From an uncultured Acidobacteriota bacterium (GTDB taxonomy: Bacteria > Acidobacteriota > Blastocatellia > RBC074), in the NCBI GenBank assembly GCA_963796275.1, contig CAWCKY010000006.1:544001-608000 (forward strand): 64,000 nt of DNA, in the 5' to 3' direction. Positions 30,716-40,399 of the stretch are shown one piece after another (the first letter of the stretch is position 1; every line of letters starts with the position of its first letter). The notes under the pieces were generated by a model. That model saw nothing but the letters and a program-made list of their open reading frames with translations. It was not told where the DNA came from and searched no databases. The translations under genes were made by a program, and so were the position numbers.

Positions 30716-32107
30716 TTGAGCCAGAGTGATGTCAAATTGAAAGGGATGTTGGGTCTCGAGCGACTCAGTGAGCTCGTGGATCAAGAGCAAATCGAAACGG
30801 TGGTTGTTGCTTTCACCGATCATTACGGTCGCCTTGTCGGTAAACGATTCGACGCCGAGATGTTCGTCGAAGATACATATCATCACGGCACGCACGGATG
30901 CGACTACCTGCTCACTACCGATATGGAGATGGAACCGGTTCAGGGATACAGCTTCGCCAACTGGCAACTGGGATACGGCGATTTCCATATCGTGCCTGAT
31001 TTGAATACGCTGCGCGTTGCGAGTTGGCTCGACAAAACGGCAATGGTGCTGTGCGATGTTAAGAAAGAGACGACTCACGACTTCGTCTCGATCGCCCCGC
31101 GCTCAATCTTGCGGAGGCAGATCAATTTCGCACATCGGCTGGGTTACCAAAGTTTCGCCGCCTCCGAGCTCGAGTACTACTTATTTCAAAACAGTTATCG
31201 CGCAGCCGCCGCTGACGGCTATCGCGATCTGGAGCCGGCCGGTTGGTATCTGGAGGATTATCAAATCCTGCAGGGGACGCGGACTGAGCCCTTCACGGCG
31301 GCGGTGCGCCATCATTTGAAACATTCGGGAGTCCCGGTCGAGACCTCCAAAGGCGAATGGGGATTGGGACAGCACGAATTGAACATTCGTTACGCTGAGG
31401 CGCTGGATATGGCTGATCGGCATATCGTATACAAGCAATGTATGAAAGAGACGGCCGAGCGAATGGGTTTAAGCGTGACATTTATGGCGAAGTTCGCTGC
31501 CGACCGCGCCGGGTCGAGCTGTCACATTCACTTCAGTTTATGGCGCGATGGCAAGAATGCTTTCGCCGGTGACGAAGTATGCGGGCGCATCAAGTGTTCA
31601 GACCAATTTCGCTGGTTCCTGGGCGGATGGATCGCATACGCGCCGGACGTCATGGTCTTCTATGCTCCGACGGTGAACTCATACAAACGTTATGTCGATG
31701 CATCGTGGGCTCCGACGCGGATGGCCTGGAGCTATGACAATCGTACCGGCGGTTTCCGGGTGGTGGGCCACGATCAAAGCTTGCGCATCGAATGCCGCAT
31801 TCCCGGTGCAGATTGCAATCCGTATCTTGCGTTTGCCGCCTCGCTGGCATCCGGATTGGATGGTATCGCCAACAGGATCGAACCGCCGGAGATATTCACC
31901 GGCGATATCTATGCGGCAAAACATCTGCCGCGAGTGCCGGATTCTCTGGCCGAAGCCACTAACAAATTCGAAAAAAGCAATTTCGCCAACGCCGTTTTCG
32001 GCGAAGACGTCGTCGAACATTACGCCCATTTTTTCCGTTCTGAGCAATCAGCGTTCAATTCCGCAGTGACGGATTGGGAACGGAAAAGATATTTTGAACG
32101 GATTTGA
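30716..32107 (+). CDS. Glutamine synthetase-like gamma-glutamylamide synthetase (GlnA4/PuuA-like)
   Basis: GRLVGKR, GCDYLL..DMEM..V.GY....W..GYGDF, ELEYY, KGEWGLGQHE, GSSCHIH, NSYKR, DNRT, IECRIPGAD. Confidence 0.88.
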   Translation: MSQSDVKLKGMLGLERLSELVDQEQIETVVVAFTDHYGRLVGKRFDAEMFVEDTYHHGTHGCDYLLTTDMEMEPVQGYSFANWQLGYGDFHIVPDLNTLRVASWLDKTAMVLCDVKKETTHDFVSIAPRSILRRQINFAHRLGYQSFAASELEYYLFQNSYRAAAADGYRDLEPAGWYLEDYQILQGTRTEPFTAAVRHHLKHSGVPVETSKGEWGLGQHELNIRYAEALDMADRHIVYKQCMKETAERMGLSVTFMAKFAADRAGSSCHIHFSLWRDGKNAFAGDEVCGRIKCSDQFRWFLGGWIAYAPDVMVFYAPTVNSYKRYVDASWAPTRMAWSYDNRTGGFRVVGHDQSLRIECRIPGADCNPYLAFAASLASGLDGIANRIEPPEIFTGDIYAAKHLPRVPDSLAEATNKFEKSNFANAVFGEDVVEHYAHFFRSEQSAFNSAVTDWERKRYFERI

Positions 32108-32112
32108 AAAAT

Positions 32113-32203
32113 AGTTTTCAGTTTTCAGTTTTTAGTTTTGCTTCCGAAGACAATTGGTATTTCGGTCAACTGAAAACTGAAAACTGAAAACTGAAAACTG
32201 AAA
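32113..32203. repeat. Heptamer-array hairpin (GTTTTCA)n-loop-(TGAAAAC)n, loop type GCTTCCGRAGA..ATTGG
   Basis: agttttcagttttcagtttttagtttt, then loop, then aactgaaaactgaaaactgaaaactgaaaactgaaa. Confidence 0.9.
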
Positions 32204-32260
32204 TTTTAGTATTCAGTTTTTAGTTGCTGATCGAGACAGCTCAGCTAAAACTAAAAACTG
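32204..32260. repeat. Second heptamer-array hairpin, loop GATCGAGACAGC (inverted relative to the copy at 40313)
   Basis: ttcagtttttagttgctgatcgagacagctcagctaaaactaaaaactg. Confidence 0.8.
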
Positions 32261-32272
32261 GAATTAACTGCT

Positions 32273-32466
32273 CAGCCTCTTCGCCGCGTTAGCGGCGGTT
32301 GATTGTAGCCGTGGGTTTTAACCCACGGAAGCTTGAAGAATATTCCCGCGTCGCGTTAGCGACGCCTGAATTCAACCGTCGCTGACGCGACGTGAAAAAA
32401 TCTACCGCCACCGTGGGTTAAAACCCACGGCTACAATCAACCGCCGCTAACGCGGCGAAGAGGCTG
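32273..32466. repeat. REPIN-like element: perfect 56-bp inverted repeat enclosing a 16-bp inverted repeat
   Basis: 32273-32328 is the exact reverse complement of 32411-32466; each arm contains the palindrome ccgtgggtt(tt/aa)aacccacgg; inner IR 32349-32364 / 32377-32392 has 1 mismatch. Confidence 0.92.
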
Positions 32467-32626
32467 CCGCCGCTTATGCAAAGAGGCCGAGCCGTCACAA
32501 CTGAAGACTGTTTTGTGGTGAATCTTAATTCACCGGGTTTTCCGTCTTTTGGCATGACGTAACTGCGCCAAGCCATATCCTTCTAGCTCAACGGCCGGTA
32601 ACGCGGCGAAGAGGCCGAGCAGTCAC

Positions 32627-32671
32627 AACTAAAAACTAAAAACTAAAAACTAAAAACTAAAAACTGAAAAC
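32627..32671. repeat. (AAAAACT)n heptamer array ending just before the SDR start codon
   Basis: aactaaaaactaaaaactaaaaactaaaaactaaaaactgaaaac. Confidence 0.9.
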
Positions 32672-32676
32672 CCTTT

Positions 32677-33444
32677 ATGAGACTAAAAGACAAGGTAGCA
32701 TTGATCACTGGCGCAGGCAGCGGCATCGGCCGCGAGTCGGCACTGCTCTTCGCAAAAGAAGGTGCGGCGGTTGTGGTCGCCGATATCAACGGCGAGGGTG
32801 GGCGGGAAACCGTTGAGATGCTCGATTCGACAGGCGCGGCGTTCATTCGTGCCGACGTAGCAAAAGCCGACGATTGCGAAAAGATGGTTGAATTCGCTGA
32901 AAAACAATTCGGAAAGCTCAACGTGCTCTTCAACAATGCCGGCATCATGCACCATCAGGATGACAATGCGGTGACAACCGAAGAATCGATCTGGGATCTG
33001 ACGATGAATATTAACGCCAAAGGCGTCTTCCTCGGCTGCAAGTATGGCATCCCGGCATTGCGGCGCGCGGGCGGAGGGTCGATTATCAACGTGGCTTCAT
33101 TTGTAGCATTGATGGGCGCCGCCACGCCACAGATCGCTTATACCGCGAGTAAGGGCGCCGTGCTTTCGATGACGCGCGAGCTGGCGATCATCCACGCCCG
33201 CGAAAACATCCGCGTCAATGCGCTTTGCCCGGGGCCGCTGCGAACGGAGCTGTTGATGAGCTATCTGAATACCGATGAGAAGCGGCAGAGGCGCTTGATC
33301 CATATTCCAGTGGGCCGGTTCGGCGAGGCCAGGGAAATTGCCTTTGCGGCGGTCTACCTGGCGTCGGATGAATCGTCTTATGTGACAGGAACCGAATTTC
33401 TTGTCGATGGTGGTATTACGGCAGCGTATGTGACTCCGGAATGA
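32677..33444 (+). CDS. Short-chain dehydrogenase/reductase
   Basis: TGAGSGIG, NNAG, YTASK, RVNALCPG, VDGG. Confidence 0.94.
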   Translation: MRLKDKVALITGAGSGIGRESALLFAKEGAAVVVADINGEGGRETVEMLDSTGAAFIRADVAKADDCEKMVEFAEKQFGKLNVLFNNAGIMHHQDDNAVTTEESIWDLTMNINAKGVFLGCKYGIPALRRAGGGSIINVASFVALMGAATPQIAYTASKGAVLSMTRELAIIHARENIRVNALCPGPLRTELLMSYLNTDEKRQRRLIHIPVGRFGEAREIAFAAVYLASDESSYVTGTEFLVDGGITAAYVTPE

Positions 33445-33445
33445 T

Positions 33446-34840
33446 ATGAAACGCCCAATCCAGCAAACGATCACTCCCATCGACGGTTCGGTATACGTCG
33501 AGCGCGAATTGGCCTCGAACCACGAGATAGACAAATCGCTTGTCTCAGCCGTCTCCGCACAGCGGGCGTGGAGGCGTGTGCCTGTGATGGAAAGAATTGC
33601 GATTTGCCGCAGGATGCTCGCCTGGGTTCTCGAGCGCTCCAGCGAGATCGGCGAAGAACTGACCCGGCAGATCGGCCGTCCCATTGTCTATAGCCCCTTG
33701 GAAATCCGCAGAGGATTGCAGGAACGTGTCAACTACATGTCCGGCATAGCTGAAGCCGAGCTCTGCGATATCATACCCGAGCCGATCGCGGGTTTTCAGC
33801 GCTTCATCCGGCGCGAACCCATCGGGGTCGTGCTCGTGCTCGCTCCGTGGAATTATCCCTGGCTCGCTTCCGTCAATGCTGTGGTGCCGGCGATACTGGC
33901 GGGCAACAGCGTCATCCTCAAGATCGCCCCGCAAACACCGCTCGTCGCCGAACGTTATGCCGAAGCATTCGAAGCGGCGGGGCTGCCGGACGGTGTCTTT
34001 CAGTTTTTGCATATGGATCACGATCAGGTCGCCGATCTGGTCAAAGATCCGCGCATAGGTTTTGTCGCTTTCACTGGCTCAGTGGAGGGCGGACGCGCGG
34101 TACAACGAGCCGCGAGCGGGCGCTTCATCGCCACCGGTCTCGAGCTCGGCGGCAAAGACCCGGCTTACGTGCGATACGATGCGCCGCTGGATGCGACCAT
34201 CGAAAACCTGGTAGACGGGACATTTTTCAATTCGGGCCAATCCTGCTGCGCCATCGAACGCATATACGTTCATCATAAGGTTTATCAGGGGTTTGTAGAG
34301 GGATTTGTTGAACTGGTCGGACAATACAGGCTCGGAAATCCGCTCGATCCTGAAATCACGCTCGGCCCTATGGTGCGTACAGATGCGGCTGAGAAGGTGC
34401 GCGCTCACCTCCGCGATGCCCTGCAGAAAGGAGCTAAGCCATTGATAGATGCCACGCATTTTCCTGCATGCGAAGAGGGAACGCCATACGTGGCTCCGCA
34501 GGTATTGGTGAATGTGAATCACGATATGATTGTGATGACCGAAGAGACGTTCGGGCCGGTCGTCGGAATTATGCCCGTGAGGGATGATGATGAAGCCGTC
34601 GCGTTGATGAATGACAGCCGCTATGGGCTGACCGCTTCGGTCTGGACAGCCGATTCGGATGCGGCCCTTCGCATCGGCGGCGATCTCGAAACCGGTACGG
34701 TTTTTATGAATCGCTGCGACTATCTCGACCCGGCGCTGGCGTGGACCGGGATCAAAGATTCGGGGCGCGGGTGTTCCCTTTCGAAATTGGGATTTGAAGC
34801 TTTCATCCGCCCCAAGTCATTCCATCTGCGGATGGGGTAG
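33446..34840 (+). CDS. Aldehyde dehydrogenase
   Basis: PWNYP, FTGS, LELGGKDP, NSGQSCC, EETFGP. Confidence 0.94.
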   Translation: MKRPIQQTITPIDGSVYVERELASNHEIDKSLVSAVSAQRAWRRVPVMERIAICRRMLAWVLERSSEIGEELTRQIGRPIVYSPLEIRRGLQERVNYMSGIAEAELCDIIPEPIAGFQRFIRREPIGVVLVLAPWNYPWLASVNAVVPAILAGNSVILKIAPQTPLVAERYAEAFEAAGLPDGVFQFLHMDHDQVADLVKDPRIGFVAFTGSVEGGRAVQRAASGRFIATGLELGGKDPAYVRYDAPLDATIENLVDGTFFNSGQSCCAIERIYVHHKVYQGFVEGFVELVGQYRLGNPLDPEITLGPMVRTDAAEKVRAHLRDALQKGAKPLIDATHFPACEEGTPYVAPQVLVNVNHDMIVMTEETFGPVVGIMPVRDDDEAVALMNDSRYGLTASVWTADSDAALRIGGDLETGTVFMNRCDYLDPALAWTGIKDSGRGCSLSKLGFEAFIRPKSFHLRMG

Positions 34841-35097
34841 CGTGGCCCGATCGAATTCGAAAAAATTATTAAAATCGAAAAAATATCGAAAGTTTTGCGC
34901 GCCGCGTCGTTCTTCAGATGACTTAATATGTCGACGGGAAGATACCTGAATAAGAACCAGCTTATCGCGTTTGAATTTATTGCCCGATCCCGCTTGAAAA
35001 GTAATGCATTGTTGGGGTTGCGCTGGGTGTAAAGGCAAATAGATTACCGGTATGGCAAGTCCTAGCCGGATCAATGTTTTGTTGGGAATGATGAAAT

Positions 35098-36222
35098 ATG
35101 ATGGCGATGCCAAAAAGGCGTGCTAGAATACCCGACGGCTTCATACCCCCGGAGCCGGTAAGCCAATTTAAATGGCCGATAGTTCCTGAAATGGATACTG
35201 GGGATTTCATCGCGAGTTACGAGAAAGCGATTGAGGCGCTATGGATGTCAGTAGCGTCGACGATCGCCAACAGCTATGGAGTCACTCAACGAGAGTTCGC
35301 CGAACGGCTCGCGGGGATAGTTTTGCGCACAGGCAATTATTCGGATGCGCCAAAGGGCGAATCCGCCAAGAATAATGGCGATAATGGCGCAAATTTTCTA
35401 AAAACAAACCAAAAAACACATCAAAAAACAGAAAGCGATGATAGAGCCGAGGAGATTCTGGCCGGCATCAAAGCCACCGAGCTCTGTTTGGCCATCGCTT
35501 GCGAGCGCGGCGATGAAGTTGCCTGGCGCAAGTTGGAATCGGAATACCGGTACTCGATGCAGGCCGCGGCGCGGGCATTGACGAAGGACGATGCCGAGGC
35601 GGAGGACCTCATTCAATCCGTATTCGGCGAGCTTTACGGCATACGGTTGAACGGGGAACGCCGGTTGAGCAAGTTTTCTTACTATTCCGGTCGCGGATCG
35701 CTGGGCGGGTGGCTGCGCGCAGTAGTCTATCAATGTTTTATCGATCGCAAGCGATTGACTGCGCGGTTTGAGCAGGTTGAAGAGGTCGAGGAGTTGGAGC
35801 GGCTCGCCAACGCGGTAGGCTCGCATCTGAATGGAACATTTTCGGCGCCGATCGCTCAACCCGATGAATTCGATGACATGCGTTTACGGCAGGCCACGGA
35901 AGAAGCGATGACCCAGGCTTTCGCCGTGCTCGATCCGCGTGACAGGCTCCTGCTGAACTACTACTACTTCGATGATTTGACCTTACGAGAGATCGGTTTA
36001 CTGATGGGCGTGCATGAAGCCACGATCTGCCGATGGCTCGCACGCGCGCAGCGCGAAGTGAAGAGCAAAACGGAGGAATTTCTCAAACGCAGTTATGGTT
36101 TGAGACGTGCCGAGATCGCTGAGTGTCTGCAGCTAGCCGCGCGCGCGGAACTCGACGTGCGGAAACTTCTAAGCGAAGCGAAGGCCCAACAATTTAGATC
36201 CGATGATTTCCGCAAGATATAG
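35098..36222 (+). CDS. ECF-type sigma-70 factor with N-terminal extension (start uncertain, 35098-35191)
   Basis: LAIACERGDEVAW, AEDLIQ, YSGRGSLGGWLRAV (region 2); LDPRDRLLL..YYFDDLTLREIGLLMGVHEATICRWLARA (region 4 HTH). Confidence 0.85.
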   Translation: MMAMPKRRARIPDGFIPPEPVSQFKWPIVPEMDTGDFIASYEKAIEALWMSVASTIANSYGVTQREFAERLAGIVLRTGNYSDAPKGESAKNNGDNGANFLKTNQKTHQKTESDDRAEEILAGIKATELCLAIACERGDEVAWRKLESEYRYSMQAAARALTKDDAEAEDLIQSVFGELYGIRLNGERRLSKFSYYSGRGSLGGWLRAVVYQCFIDRKRLTARFEQVEEVEELERLANAVGSHLNGTFSAPIAQPDEFDDMRLRQATEEAMTQAFAVLDPRDRLLLNYYYFDDLTLREIGLLMGVHEATICRWLARAQREVKSKTEEFLKRSYGLRRAEIAECLQLAARAELDVRKLLSEAKAQQFRSDDFRKI

Positions 36223-36313
36223 GAACTCACGCGTTCTAAATGCGAGCGATAAAAGTTCACCCTGAAAATTCGAGCGGACTGCGATAAGGCTCGAAGCAAG
36301 AAACCCAAAAACA

Positions 36314-37882
36314 ATGGCACTCGAACGTAAAATAACGGCATTGGAATTTGAAACCATGCTGCGGCGCCACCTGAGGCAAGGCGGTTCGCCGGTATCGGCG
36401 TGCGCCGGGTTTGATCCGGACAGAGCCAGCGCCTTTCTCGAAGGCGCTCTCGGCGGTAGCGCGCGCGCGCGGTACGAAGCGCATCTGGCTGGATGTCCGG
36501 CGTGCCGGCGCCACGTCATCGAACTTTCGCGCCTATCGCAACTTGCGATGCAACCTGATGCAATGCCCGTAGCCTCGTCCCGGTGGCTGCAATGGAAATC
36601 ATCACTGGGCGAGAAAATAGATAACTGGATCAATCCACCGTCCTGGCGGTTGAATTGGCGTGTGACCGGTACGGTATTGGCTGGTTGCGCTATTTTTATT
36701 TTTGCTCTGACCCTTCAGCCGGTGCGCCAGCCGTCATCGATCAACAGTAAAGTATCGATGGAGACATCGACAGAAGCCATGAAATCGAGCGGCGCCGCTC
36801 AGAAGCTGGCACCGCCTGCTGAAAATATAGAATCCAGTGACAAACTTCTGGCAAACTCGAGGAGTTTAGATACGCTGCCTTCGCCCACCGATAACGCATA
36901 CTCTGAACCTGCAGCAGGGAATGCGCAGGTAAATCAAGCGCAGGTAAGACAGGTAACCCAAGCGCAGTTAGATCAAGCACCCGCTCCGGGACAGTCGAAT
37001 CGACCTATACCGACGCCACGAATTGAAATGGCTCAAAATATGGAGGCGGGGAATGCGGCTCAGATGCGGGCCTTAGAGAAGAGCGAACCTAAAGGTGGAG
37101 AAATTGGAGAAGTCGCCGAACTCGCTAGAAACTACGCGGGAAACGAACGGGTGTTCAGCCCCAAAGAGGAACAATCCGGGCTTATCGGTGATCTCGAACC
37201 CGTGTTGCCTCCACCGACAAAGGCAAGAAAGAGACCTTTACAATCGACCGCTGAAGTTATTCCCGGCGCAAGAAGGGCTGCATTCGGACCGGGAACTGAT
37301 GTCATCGCTGAGAACCGCGAAAAGATGAGAAATGATCGATTACCGCCACATTCGGCGATGCCTCGAATGACTCCCAATCCGGAATATAATCCCATGCAAT
37401 CTGGGTTTCTCGATGGAAAACAGATAGCCAAACTAAAAAACGAGAAAAGCCAATTGCAGACCCAGAAAAATTCCATCTGGGTTTTTGTGATGGATTATAT
37501 GAAGAGCTATCTGCCATGGCGCAGGCATGATTATTTTGAAAAATCTCTGGTTAATATCGGCAAAAATTCCAAAAGCGATGGTAAGGATGAAGCTAATGAG
37601 GATGAGGCTGGCGCGGTCGATAGAGATGATGCTGTAAAAGATAAGAAGACCGTTACGCTTGTCAGGCATCTTCGCGGTAAAATTTTTCGGCACATACGCG
37701 GCGTATGGATTGACGATCAATATGAAGCCGAATTGTCGGCGTGGCGATTAACCTCGCTGAGACGTGGCAGCGAGGCATATAATCGAGTGCTGGATGAGGA
37801 TCCTCAGCTGAAGGAATTCTTCGATTTGGGGCCGATCATCATCGTCTGGCATGACAGGATATACAGGGTCACCGAGAGGTGA
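36314..37882 (+). CDS. Zinc-binding (zf-HC2) membrane anti-sigma factor with long extracytoplasmic region
   Basis: EAHLAGCPACR (HxxxCxxC), one TM segment, low-complexity linker, C-terminal globular domain; directly follows the ECF sigma. Confidence 0.82.
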   Translation: MALERKITALEFETMLRRHLRQGGSPVSACAGFDPDRASAFLEGALGGSARARYEAHLAGCPACRRHVIELSRLSQLAMQPDAMPVASSRWLQWKSSLGEKIDNWINPPSWRLNWRVTGTVLAGCAIFIFALTLQPVRQPSSINSKVSMETSTEAMKSSGAAQKLAPPAENIESSDKLLANSRSLDTLPSPTDNAYSEPAAGNAQVNQAQVRQVTQAQLDQAPAPGQSNRPIPTPRIEMAQNMEAGNAAQMRALEKSEPKGGEIGEVAELARNYAGNERVFSPKEEQSGLIGDLEPVLPPPTKARKRPLQSTAEVIPGARRAAFGPGTDVIAENREKMRNDRLPPHSAMPRMTPNPEYNPMQSGFLDGKQIAKLKNEKSQLQTQKNSIWVFVMDYMKSYLPWRRHDYFEKSLVNIGKNSKSDGKDEANEDEAGAVDRDDAVKDKKTVTLVRHLRGKIFRHIRGVWIDDQYEAELSAWRLTSLRRGSEAYNRVLDEDPQLKEFFDLGPIIIVWHDRIYRVTER

Positions 37883-38165
37883 ATCAGCGCTCAGGCTAAT
37901 GCCTCGTAGCGCAGGGAAATGGTTCATAAGTTTAATAAGTTAATGAGAGTATTGGCTGATGCTCACTCAACTCTTCCTCATTCAATTCAGATAACTGTGG
38001 CAAGCGAGATTTTTATACATATAACGATCAATTGACGGTCAATGCCAATTGATGACTTCAAGACCTCCTCTTGATTGCCTTCTTCTTTGCATCGGACATC
38101 CGACCTTCTATAATTCTCCCACCATAGATTTCAACTTTAATCCTACTATAAAAGGAGCTCAGTTC

Positions 38166-39548
38166 GTGAAGCGAGTGATAGTATTCCTCTTCATCCTCCC
38201 CCTGATTATCGGAACCGCGCGCATAAGTGAGCCGGCGGCTCACGCTCAACAGGCGCTGCTTTCATCGAAACTCAACCCACAGATCGAGAAGATCGTAAAT
38301 GAGATATCGTCCGATCGGATTGAAGCGATCATCCGGAAGCTCGTCGATTTCGGTACCCGTCATACGCTCTCATCGCAGGATGATGAGCGGCGCGGCATTG
38401 GGGCCGCGAGCCGATGGATCAAAGAAGAATTCGAGCGATATAGCCGGGAATCGGGCGGAAGACTACAGGTGACCGAAGATGAGTTCATCCAGCAACCGAC
38501 TCGGCGCGTCAGCCGGGCGGTCAAGCTCACCAACATTATTGCGACGCTCCCGGGCGCGCAGCCTGAATCAAAAGACAGGATGTATGTGGTGAGCGGGCAC
38601 TATGATTCTATCTGCTATCCCTACGATGACACGTCCTGCGAAGCTCCGGGGGCGAACGATGACGCGTCGGGCACGGCGGCAGTGATGGAGATGGCGCGGG
38701 TTATGTCGAAATACCAGTTCGATGCCACCATAGTTTTTATGACTGTGCCGGGGGAAGAACAGGGTCTGCTCGGGTCGACACACTGGGCTGAGGAGGCCAA
38801 GAAGAAGGGGATGAATATCGCCGCAATGTTCTCGAATGATATTATCGGGAACACGCTAGGCGGCAACGGCGTGAGAGAAAATGCCCGTGTCCGGGTATTT
38901 TCTGAAGGAGTGCCTACATCTGAAACGGAGGCCGAAGCGCGCACCCGGCTCTTAGTCGGCGGGGAGAACGACAGCCGGTCACGCCAGCTCGCACGCTATA
39001 TTAAAGAGACGGGCGAACGATATCTCAACAACTTTGAGGTGACCCTCGTTTTTCGCCGGGACCGGTACGGGCGTGGCAGCGATCACGTCCCCTTTTTGCA
39101 AGGAGGCTACCCGGCGGTGCGGTTCACCGAACCGAACGAAGCGTTCGCTCGCCAGCACCAGAAGATACGGGAAGAGAACGGAATCAAGTACGGGGATGTG
39201 ATCGAGATGGTCGATTTCAATTATGTTGCGCAGGTGGCGCGCATCAATGCCGCGTCTCTAGCCGGCATGGCTCTCGCCCCGGCAGCTCCGGCGGGCGTGA
39301 GGTTTAAGTCTTCACGGCAGGAATACAATGCGACTCTGACCTGGGAGCCGAGTAAATCGCCCGATCTTGCCGGCTACCGGATCGTATGGCGCGAGACTTA
39401 TCAACCATTCTGGCAGCGGAGCATCGACGTCGGCAATGTGACCGAATTTGCGATGAAGGGATTGTCAAAAGATGATTTCTTTTTTGCCGTTCAGGCGATC
39501 GATCGTGAGGGGAATGCGAGTCCTCCTGCTTTCACGGGAGGGCGGTAA
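38166..39548 (+). CDS. Secreted M28 family metallopeptidase with C-terminal FN3-like domain
   Basis: AAGGAG RBS and GTG at 38166; signal peptide; SGHYDS, GANDDASG, GEEQGLLGS, GSDH; LTWEP...GYRIVWR...FAVQAID. Confidence 0.9.
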   Translation: MKRVIVFLFILPLIIGTARISEPAAHAQQALLSSKLNPQIEKIVNEISSDRIEAIIRKLVDFGTRHTLSSQDDERRGIGAASRWIKEEFERYSRESGGRLQVTEDEFIQQPTRRVSRAVKLTNIIATLPGAQPESKDRMYVVSGHYDSICYPYDDTSCEAPGANDDASGTAAVMEMARVMSKYQFDATIVFMTVPGEEQGLLGSTHWAEEAKKKGMNIAAMFSNDIIGNTLGGNGVRENARVRVFSEGVPTSETEAEARTRLLVGGENDSRSRQLARYIKETGERYLNNFEVTLVFRRDRYGRGSDHVPFLQGGYPAVRFTEPNEAFARQHQKIREENGIKYGDVIEMVDFNYVAQVARINAASLAGMALAPAAPAGVRFKSSRQEYNATLTWEPSKSPDLAGYRIVWRETYQPFWQRSIDVGNVTEFAMKGLSKDDFFFAVQAIDREGNASPPAFTGGR

Positions 39549-39553
39549 GTAAA

Positions 39554-39620
39554 AGTTTTCAGTTTTCAGTTTTCAGTTTTCAGTTCGGCGGACTCGATCG
39601 GCAACTGAAAACTGAAAACT
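39554..39620. repeat. Heptamer-array hairpin (GTTTTCA)4-loop-(TGAAAAC)2
   Basis: Sits between the M28 stop and the next RBS; loop cggcggactcgatcggc. Confidence 0.9.
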
Positions 39621-39638
39621 TTTTACAGAGGAGATTTT

Positions 39639-40310
39639 ATGAAATGCCCACAGCCTTTTTTTATCGCTCTTTTCCTGACTGTTATTACCGGGTTTGCTCT
39701 TGCGCAACAACCGGATAAAATAAAGCGCCCTGTTAAAAATCCTCCACAATATCCCAATATCATCGATCTTGAGAACAAAGAGCAGAACCCTCAGCAGAAG
39801 GCGCAGGAACAGGGAGCCGGAGAGCAACAGTCGGATTCGCTGGCGCAGGCGATGACGTCTCTCGCTAATGAGGTCAAGACGCTCGTTCAGGAAATTCGTT
39901 CTCTCAACCTGCGCCAGCAGGCGCAGCTCGATATGCTGCGGATGACTCGGGTAGACATGAGGATCGATCATTACGAGCGTGAGTTGAGGCCGGTGCGCGA
40001 GCGAATCGCAGCCCTCGAGACGGATGAGCAGAACCTGCTTCAGCTCATGACGCGCGAATCCTTGATGGCGCAGATCGCCAATATCGGCACGCTCGACCGC
40101 GAAAAGACGATGCAGCAGGTTAAATTGAACCATGAGACGAGGCTGCGATACGTACTGACCGAGAAGGAGAGGTTGCGAAAAATAGAGAGCGATATGGCAG
40201 CATCTCTCGTGATTTATCAGAACCTCAGTAAAGAAACGGAACAAAAAATTCAGACTGCCGAGGAGTTGCTGCGACAGAGCGATGAAGATAAGGGCGAACG
40301 AAAACCTTGA
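39639..40310 (+). CDS. Hypothetical secreted coiled-coil protein
   Basis: GAGGAG RBS, signal peptide ending ALA, Q/E/L/R-rich heptad pattern. Confidence 0.75.
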   Translation: MKCPQPFFIALFLTVITGFALAQQPDKIKRPVKNPPQYPNIIDLENKEQNPQQKAQEQGAGEQQSDSLAQAMTSLANEVKTLVQEIRSLNLRQQAQLDMLRMTRVDMRIDHYERELRPVRERIAALETDEQNLLQLMTRESLMAQIANIGTLDREKTMQQVKLNHETRLRYVLTEKERLRKIESDMAASLVIYQNLSKETEQKIQTAEELLRQSDEDKGERKP

Positions 40311-40312
40311 CG

Positions 40313-40384
40313 AGTTTTCAGTTTCAGTTCAGTTTTTAGTTGGGCTGTCTCGATCGACGACTAAAAACTGAAAACTGAAAACTA
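40313..40384. repeat. Heptamer-array hairpin, loop GCTGTCTCGATC
   Basis: agttttcagtttcagttcagtttttagtt-gggctgtctcgatcgacg-actaaaaactgaaaactgaaaacta. Confidence 0.9.
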
Positions 40385-40399
40385 TTTTCGGGAGGCACC

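Noticed and set aside
30716-32107. Canonical glnA
   Set aside because: Sequence motifs and context (permease, SDR, ALDH) fit gamma-glutamylamide ligases better, so no gene symbol was assigned.
32108-32676. Possible CRISPR array
   Set aside because: Repeats are tandem heptamers and inverted arms, not 23-47 bp direct repeats with unique spacers; no cas genes in the window.
33446-34840. ALDH as the missing BMC core enzyme
   Set aside because: It has non-acylating family motifs (LELGGK, EETFGP), no terminal extension, and belongs to the glutamylation cluster 15 kb away.
35020-35075. c-di-GMP-I riboswitch-like GGCAAA motif upstream of the ECF sigma
   Set aside because: The required paired stems and tetraloop/receptor are not evident.
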